This document shows, piece by piece, positions 58,193 to 64,000 of a stretch of DNA of 64,000 bases. The stretch is from Candidatus Bruticola sp. Lineage in GTDB: Bacteria > Vulcanimicrobiota > Xenobia > Xenobiales > Xenobiaceae. Position numbers and translations under genes: made by a program. The stretch is taken from positions 66,681-130,680 of the forward strand of contig JBJEGD010000031.1 in assembly GCA_051874735.1 (NCBI GenBank), written 5' to 3'. The notes under the pieces were generated by a model, which saw nothing but the letters and a program-made list of their open reading frames with translations, made no database searches and had not been told where the DNA came from. Position 1 is the first letter of the stretch, and each line of letters opens with the position of its first letter.

Positions 58193-59677
58193 TTAACTGA
58201 TCATTTTGTTGCGCTCAATAACCATTTTTCCATCAGTCCAGCGCACTACACCCATGTAAGGATTGCCATTTTTATCAAAAAGGTCTTTCTTCTCGACAAC
58301 TTGGTTAGGTTCAGTGTAAAGAATGGCTCCGCTGTTAATTAAGCGCTTCATGTCTTTAGCCAACTTGTCGCCAGGATTGCTCATAATGCCGATAGCATTT
58401 CCTCCGGAAGTATTCTTACCTGTAACTTCAGCACCAGCAAAAATACCGTACTCAGGTCCGTCTAAAGTAATAGTAAGATCGCAGGGTTCCGCAGTAATAG
58501 CCATAGTTTCCGCAGGAGTGTCGTCACCCTCCTCGAGTATGTTTCTCTCTTTGAAAGTATTAAGAATAATGTCGTGCGCTCTACCTTCGTTGCTGCGAGC
58601 ATCAACTTTTAACATAGATAAAGCGATATCTCTGTAAGAGGCATCGTGAGTTGGAGAAATTTTCACAGCTCCGACTAATAATTCCATACTCTCTTGACCG
58701 GCAGCTTTGATGGCCTGAGCGGCGTCCATGCCTTCAGCCATATTGCGCTTGGTAATAGCTGCCATAACATCGTATTGGGCGCCGCTAAAAATTCGGGACC
58801 AATCGTGCATTTCGGTAGATACGGGATGCTCAGGGGTAGGCTCTTCGCTATCTATGCCGCTGGGATCCTCCCATTTGCAGTTGTTAATCATACAGCGCAC
58901 GTAGTCGCGTGGTTCGGTATGTATATTATATTTATTATTAATAGCGCGTCCCATGTGTTCGCCAGTATCGGAAAGCAGGCTGGGTTGGCTTAAGTCGCCG
59001 CCTGTTTGCTGGGCAGCGATCTGGCATACTTGGTCGTTTTGGGTAGACATATAAAGAGCGGTAAGATCGCCGAAAGCCTCGTGCAGACCGTTTGTATCAG
59101 CACTCCAGGAAGTTAGAAAACCGGGGCGCACGGCATCAAGAATAGCGTGTCCCACTTCGTGAGAAATGACTTCTCCGGAGGCGCCAGAGTAGACAGTTTC
59201 TTTTTTGACCGGATCAAAATCGTGGAAAAAGTTTAGAGATTCTTCGTCTCGGGAATAATAAGCATTCAGATCGACGCCTGCATCGGAATCTAAGAGAATT
59301 TGTTTATCACCGAAGGCAAAAGTGACGTCATATCCCAGAAGTTTTTCCATACTGCTGATGGTGTGCTGTACAGTAGCCATACTGTTGGCAGCTGCATATT
59401 GTTTAGTACCTTTATCGAAAACGTAGCTGCCTTCAGAATTCGGTTTTAGACGTTCTTTTTTTACGAATTTTACATTTTCGGTGCGGGGAGCTTTGGCCGT
59501 TTTACCATGTTCAGTTTTGAGATCTATGGTAACAGGATCCATAACCAATTCATCTTGAGGATTATAAGAAAATTCCATCTCTTGGGGCTGAGCATTATTG
59601 TTAGAGGTAGCAGCCTCGAGCTGATAGGTAGGAGCTGCGCAAGAGGCGCAGTTGGTACTGTAAATTGAACCAATCAT
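58193..59677 (-). CDS. paralogous thermolysin/fungalysin-like zinc metalloprotease, no Sec signal
   Basis: NAYYSR, HEVGH, HEAFGD, EMHDWSRIFSG; collinear with 56490-57950. Confidence 0.82.
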   Translation of the reverse strand: MIGSIYSTNCASCAAPTYQLEAATSNNNAQPQEMEFSYNPQDELVMDPVTIDLKTEHGKTAKAPRTENVKFVKKERLKPNSEGSYVFDKGTKQYAAANSMATVQHTISSMEKLLGYDVTFAFGDKQILLDSDAGVDLNAYYSRDEESLNFFHDFDPVKKETVYSGASGEVISHEVGHAILDAVRPGFLTSWSADTNGLHEAFGDLTALYMSTQNDQVCQIAAQQTGGDLSQPSLLSDTGEHMGRAINNKYNIHTEPRDYVRCMINNCKWEDPSGIDSEEPTPEHPVSTEMHDWSRIFSGAQYDVMAAITKRNMAEGMDAAQAIKAAGQESMELLVGAVKISPTHDASYRDIALSMLKVDARSNEGRAHDIILNTFKERNILEEGDDTPAETMAITAEPCDLTITLDGPEYGIFAGAEVTGKNTSGGNAIGIMSNPGDKLAKDMKRLINSGAILYTEPNQVVEKKDLFDKNGNPYMGVVRWTDGKMVIERNKMIS

Positions 59678-60082
59678 TGTTAAAAAGACCTCTTTATTAA
59701 ATGTGGACAGATGTACGGATATATAGGTTAACTTCTGTGTTTATCAAGAACTTCCCCAGGTAATTTCTGAGAAAAGGGTTTGAATTTTTCTGCCAGTATT
59801 TATGCCGCCGCCTGTCCTGCGAACACATAAAAAGCATCTGCTATCTGTCAGTTATATTTTAGCGTATCGTATTAGGGTAACGTGAACTAAATGTAAATAT
59901 CTGGCTGCTAAAACCATATAGAAGAGCTTTAATATAATTTAATTTCACTTATAAATATTTAAATAGATTTAATAAAAATGCAGTTTTAGGGTAGTATATT
60001 TACATTGTTTTATAGCTAATATACTAAGTTTGTGCTATCCTGAATGATATGCCAATACGAGAGAAAGACGTGCGCCACAGTT

Positions 60083-61108
60083 ATGAACATTAATTCTGTT
60101 AATATGCAATCTTTTATACCGGGCTGCGGAAATATACAAACTGAGGCCGTTAAGAGTCCTGTTGTGGAAGAGGCTGTTTTGCCGTCTGCATCAGATATTT
60201 TTGAAAGTTCTCTAAGCAGCGTCTCCAACGGAGAAGCGGCTGTTGTGTCGGGCGCCCAATCTGCTGTTAAAGATAAAACACAACTGTCCGATCACGATTT
60301 AAATCAGCTTTTAGAACAGATTGTTTCCTGCAGTGATAACGAGCATTCGTCTACCTCTTGTGCAGTTTCTTCTGCTATGGGGGAGGCCGATTTCCAGGCT
60401 GCTGGTTTAGGCAGTCTCAGTTTGAAAGGGTTTACTTCTAGTCGCGTACCCACACTTAGTCTAGTCCAAGATTATCAATATATTTCTGAGTCTGATGCAG
60501 AAAATAACTACAATAATAATGTTAAGTCCGATTTAAACATGGCTGAGCGCGGTTGCATTAAGGCTTACTGTACAGTGGCCTACCAAAAAATGAATGGTTA
60601 CCTGCTGGGCAACGTGAAGAGTCGTTTTGGAGTCGTGCGCAAAGCCTCTGAATGTATGGCTAAAGCTTTGGAAAGGCATAGTGTTCCTCAGGGCTCGATC
60701 CTTTATCGTACTGCTAGTCTGGCTGAGCTGCGCAATTATATGACTGCTGAAGATTATGACAAGGTAGCTGAGATGCAGTTAGATATGTCTCCAGCCGAAT
60801 TAGCTCCTTATATAAAGTCTAAAATAAGCGGTACTCAGTCTAATCGCAAAACTTTTCTTTCCACTACTATCGATCACAAGTTCGATTTTCAAGACAAACC
60901 TAAAGTCGCCACTAAAATATACGTTGGCGACAACGTAAAAGGCATTTATGTGGCGGCCGATGAGAAGCTTACCCGCTTCCCTGAAGAAAAAGAGTACTTG
61001 TTAGCTCCAGGCACCAAGATGACCGTTATGGACGTCGAGTATAGCGAGAAGAATAAGGGCTTCATCCTTCATGTATATGCTGGCGATGTGCCACCTAGTG
61101 AGGCTTAG
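60083..61108 (+). CDS. VIP2/C2-like mono-ADP-ribosyltransferase with disordered N-terminal extension
   Basis: AERGCIKAY..AYQKMNGYL helix, LYR, FLSTT, EEKEYLL (R-S-ExE). Start placed at ATG 60083 (MNINSVN); the ORF track extends it to 60044. Confidence 0.85.
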   Translation: MNINSVNMQSFIPGCGNIQTEAVKSPVVEEAVLPSASDIFESSLSSVSNGEAAVVSGAQSAVKDKTQLSDHDLNQLLEQIVSCSDNEHSSTSCAVSSAMGEADFQAAGLGSLSLKGFTSSRVPTLSLVQDYQYISESDAENNYNNNVKSDLNMAERGCIKAYCTVAYQKMNGYLLGNVKSRFGVVRKASECMAKALERHSVPQGSILYRTASLAELRNYMTAEDYDKVAEMQLDMSPAELAPYIKSKISGTQSNRKTFLSTTIDHKFDFQDKPKVATKIYVGDNVKGIYVAADEKLTRFPEEKEYLLAPGTKMTVMDVEYSEKNKGFILHVYAGDVPPSEA

Positions 61109-61112
61109 TGTT

Positions 61113-61337
61113 ATGGTTGAAGACAGAAAAAGTATAAATGATGCTTTAAATAGGGCTGCAGCAGGAATTTCGGCTGCTGAGGCCGTGGAACAGCGGCGCG
61201 AATCAGAAATAGTTTCGCTTAGTCGCAGTGATATTACCGATTTGTTGCCTCCGGAGCAGCGGGCCGAACTTGAAGCTCAGGCTGAAGCTATAGAGCGCCG
61301 CTGGCGTGAGAAGCGTATTTTAGCCGACGAACAATAA
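61113..61337 (+). CDS. small acidic helical protein directly downstream of the ART (candidate inhibitor/chaperone)
   Basis: ATG 4 nt after the ART stop with GAGG upstream; 74 aa; followed by a terminator. Confidence 0.65.
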   Translation: MVEDRKSINDALNRAAAGISAAEAVEQRRESEIVSLSRSDITDLLPPEQRAELEAQAEAIERRWREKRILADEQ

Positions 61338-61340
61338 ACG

Positions 61341-61383
61341 AAAAAAAGAAGGCTGTAGTTTCAATCTACAGCCTTCTTTTTTT
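61341..61383. terminator. bidirectional Rho-independent terminator
   Basis: AAAAAAAGAAGGCTGTAG / CTACAGCCTTCTTTTTTT. Confidence 0.85.
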
Positions 61384-61432
61384 AGTAACCACCGGCACAA
61401 AAACTGGAAACCCAACCTAAATTGGCAAACGT

Positions 61433-62125
61433 TTAACTTCTTATCTGTTTCTCGTTCATATTGCCCATTCTGTCTATAGTAATTTCGACGCCGATGCGAG
61501 GAGTAGAGGCTTTTTCGTAGTGCTTAACTTGAATTTTTCCGTCTACATAGGGAGTTCCATCTGGTTTAAACAGAATAAAGAAGGAACTGCCGCCAGTTTT
61601 GGCTGCTTTAGTCTGTTTATCGGCTTCAATAAATTCTACCCAAACACCTTTAGTAATCTGTTTTTGGGGATCGGTAATGCCAGCACCTCCTCTAGCTGCC
61701 CTAACCAATCCGCTTGTAGCGAACAAAGCGACCTGATCGTAAGAGCCTACAAAGCCTTTGTTTACAACTCTTGATTTCCCATCGGGAGTGCGTCCGTTAT
61801 AGACACGCCAGACAAAACACTCCGAATTTCCAAAAAGTTTGCTGAAGTTGTTTACACCTTGATTATATTGAGAGTTTGAAGCTTTGGGACGAGTTGTACC
61901 GTTTACGACAAGGTCGCCGGCAGAGCGGGCTAAGGGGGGGACATCGTGCAGAGCTCCGCAAAGTTGCTCCATCTCCTGCCGCACTTGAGTTCTGGCTAAG
62001 TTGCGGCGATGATTGCCTATGCCTATCGCAGCCAGAACGGCTAAAATGCCGATTACCACCATAAGCTCTATGAGAGTATAACCTAAAAACTTGTGTTTGG
62101 AGTGCGGTGACATAAATATTTTCAT
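61433..62125 (-). CDS. prepilin-type protein (FimT/GspH-like minor pilin)
   Basis: G/YTLIELMVVIGILAVLAAI class III signal; F..DG near the C-terminus. Confidence 0.85.
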   Translation of the reverse strand: MKIFMSPHSKHKFLGYTLIELMVVIGILAVLAAIGIGNHRRNLARTQVRQEMEQLCGALHDVPPLARSAGDLVVNGTTRPKASNSQYNQGVNNFSKLFGNSECFVWRVYNGRTPDGKSRVVNKGFVGSYDQVALFATSGLVRAARGGAGITDPQKQITKGVWVEFIEADKQTKAAKTGGSSFFILFKPDGTPYVDGKIQVKHYEKASTPRIGVEITIDRMGNMNEKQIRS

Positions 62126-62127
62126 GT

Positions 62128-62619
62128 TTATTCTTTCTCCCGCGATTTAGCTATGAATAGGATAACACCTAATCCTATTATAACAACAATTGCCCCAATA
62201 ACAATAAACATTAGATTGCTATCTTTTTTCTTGGCAACTGGGGCTTCGACTTCTGCAGTAAAGTTAGGCACCTCTGGCATTTCTTCCTTATCTGTAACTT
62301 TGGGGGCAGGGCGTGTTGGCAAGGTGCTCTCTACCTGCTGCTCGGGAACTTTGTAGCCGTTATCGGATACTGGCACTTGCGGAGAGGTATCTATGGCCGT
62401 GCCTCTGTGTAAAACAGTTCCAGTTGGAGTATCGACATAGCGTATGATGTCGTCACCTTCTACAACGGCAGCTGAAACTGGGCAGGATAATAAACTAAAA
62501 AATACAGCACCGCATAATAGAAACAAAACAAAAATAAAAATTTTACACTTTGCCAATTCGTTCACTACCTTTATAATATTCTTAGCTTGGAATAATTTAT
62601 TCAGCCAATAATGGTGCAT
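62128..62619 (-). CDS. hypothetical membrane protein (signal-like segment, P/T/E-rich linker, C-terminal TM and basic tail)
   Basis: IFIFVLFLLCGAVFFSLL and MFIVIGAIVVIIGLGVILFI-AKSREKE. Start uncertain. Confidence 0.65.
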   Translation of the reverse strand: MHHYWLNKLFQAKNIIKVVNELAKCKIFIFVLFLLCGAVFFSLLSCPVSAAVVEGDDIIRYVDTPTGTVLHRGTAIDTSPQVPVSDNGYKVPEQQVESTLPTRPAPKVTDKEEMPEVPNFTAEVEAPVAKKKDSNLMFIVIGAIVVIIGLGVILFIAKSREKE

Positions 62620-62704
62620 TTATTTACTCCAAGTTAATGGACTTAATATGCCTTTTCATTTTATACTATAGGCAAGCGAGATGGAAGAGAGGTCGTGTAG
62701 TCAT

Positions 62705-63289
62705 ATGAAATTAAAATTTAAAAGAAAGGGACAGCGAGGTCTGACCTTGTTGGAAATATTAGTTGCGATTGCAATTTTAACCTCCACTTTAATAGCTTTC
62801 GCTTCTGTATTTCCGGCCGCTTTTAAACTCAACAGACAGTCGCAAAATTCGGTTAAAGCTGCCAAGCATGCTGCTGCTATAGCTGAAGAGCTAAGATCTA
62901 TGCCTATTGCCTGCAATCCTAATCTTTATGGTTCTTTCTCTTCTAGAGCCAGCAAGCATTATCTTGAGCAGTATTCCTACAACCAGGCTACTGCGAACTT
63001 TGATAATACATACGATGGTTTGACGGCTGTAAAAGAACTGAAGAAAGATGGTAAAAAAACTGGTGATACGCAGGGAATATTCACTTTAGACGCCGCCAAA
63101 GTAGGATACTCTTCAGGTAAAACTCCCAAAGACACTTATGGTGTATATTTCATTCACAATGGCAAGGGAGACAACAACGACTCCCGTTTTTGGGAAATTT
63201 ACGTCAACGTTTTTTGGAATGAAACTATTAATGGCAAGAAAGTGGCTCGCTCCGCTTCTGTAGTCAGCGCAAGGACTGGTAACCGGTGA
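62705..63289 (+). CDS. prepilin-type protein (PilV-like)
   Basis: KRKGQRG/LTLLEILVAIAIL; A...AEELRS; YVNVFW near the C-terminus. Confidence 0.85.
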   Translation: MKLKFKRKGQRGLTLLEILVAIAILTSTLIAFASVFPAAFKLNRQSQNSVKAAKHAAAIAEELRSMPIACNPNLYGSFSSRASKHYLEQYSYNQATANFDNTYDGLTAVKELKKDGKKTGDTQGIFTLDAAKVGYSSGKTPKDTYGVYFIHNGKGDNNDSRFWEIYVNVFWNETINGKKVARSASVVSARTGNR

Positions 63290-63999
63290 TGAATAGAGCC
63301 AAGTTTAAAGCTAAATCCGGATTCACTCTCATAGAAGTTTTAGTAGGTGCTGCACTGCTCTCTATGATGATCGGTTTTATCGCTTATATGATTATCAGCT
63401 CACTTAGAGCTCAAGAATTTGAGCGCAGTGTTCGCAACGCTACAGCAGCTACGCGAGAAGCTCTAGACCGCATGGCCAGTGAATTGCGCCTTGCCACCCC
63501 TTTGCCTGCTATAAGCAGCGGTTCTAGTTTAAGTTTTGTAGGTACTAACACCCTGCCTTCCGGAGTTTTGCTGCCGGACAGTTACAATGTTAGTTATAAT
63601 GCCTGCAGCGGTTTTAATGTAAAAAACAGCGTCGTTGAAGGGGACACAGGCGGTCAAGTTATGTCTTGGGTAAAAAACCGCCTTATTTTTACACGTCCCA
63701 AATTGGAAGCAAATGGTATGACTACATCTTCCACTTATAATTACGATTCGTCTAAAATAGACAGTTACTGCTATGTCGAATGGATGGTGCCTGACGCCAC
63801 TCCTGACCGTCTTTACCGCAGAGTGTATCCTATTAGCAATCTCAAGTTCGGTCACAGGCCAGTTACGCGCACAGGTATAACTATAGACGGTACCGCTTCA
63901 AGAACTGTAAGTGGTGTTATTTGGACTTTAGATAAGTCATTTTTTGGCAATACTGCTAATATTTTCTCCTCATCAGGTACAAGCGGCAATGAAGCTGAT
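63289..63999 (+). CDS. prepilin-type protein (PilW-like), 3' end off the window
   Basis: TGATG coupling to the previous gene. MNRAKFKAKSG/FTLIEVLVGAALL..., ALDRMASELRLA. Open to the edge, so missing from the ORF track. Confidence 0.85.
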   Translation, partial: MNRAKFKAKSGFTLIEVLVGAALLSMMIGFIAYMIISSLRAQEFERSVRNATAATREALDRMASELRLATPLPAISSGSSLSFVGTNTLPSGVLLPDSYNVSYNACSGFNVKNSVVEGDTGGQVMSWVKNRLIFTRPKLEANGMTTSSTYNYDSSKIDSYCYVEWMVPDATPDRLYRRVYPISNLKFGHRPVTRTGITIDGTASRTVSGVIWTLDKSFFGNTANIFSSSGTSGNEAD

Positions 64000-64000
64000 T

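Noticed and set aside
1-64000. CRISPR arrays, integrases, transposases, prophage or known defence genes
   Set aside because: No regularly spaced repeats or matching protein motifs seen by eye.

Overview
Bacterial chromosomal window (standard genetic code, roughly 40-45% GC by eye) that is mostly housekeeping: tsaE-tsaB-rimI-tsaD, plsY, rarA, nfo, priA, cmk-plsC-der, def-fmt, metF, three tRNAs (Tyr-GTA, Gln-CTG, Glu-CTC) and two M16 peptidase pairs. I saw no integrase, transposase, phage gene or CRISPR array. Eukaryotic-type Ser/Thr kinases with TPRs, type IV pilin genes and GmhB loosely suggest a diderm Terrabacteria lineage such as Vulcanimicrobiota/Eremiobacterota; this is inference only. 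The most notable parts are: (1) a right-end cluster of two thermolysin-like Zn proteases, a VIP2-like Arg-specific ADP-ribosyltransferase and a small partner ORF, with the three enzymes lacking Sec signals but sharing S/N/I-rich N-termini, beside a pilin cluster; (2) an unannotated ~90-nt sRNA candidate with its own promoter, anti-Shine-Dalgarno segment and terminator between the F420 genes; (3) a compact pseudoknotted RNA candidate upstream of the kinase-TPR gene; (4) F420 genes adjacent to selenium/molybdenum-hydroxylase maturation genes; (5) a probable CC-only tRNA nucleotidyltransferase and a catalytically degenerate MoeA-PBP fusion. All calls come from reading the sequence and recalling motifs; no database searches were run.
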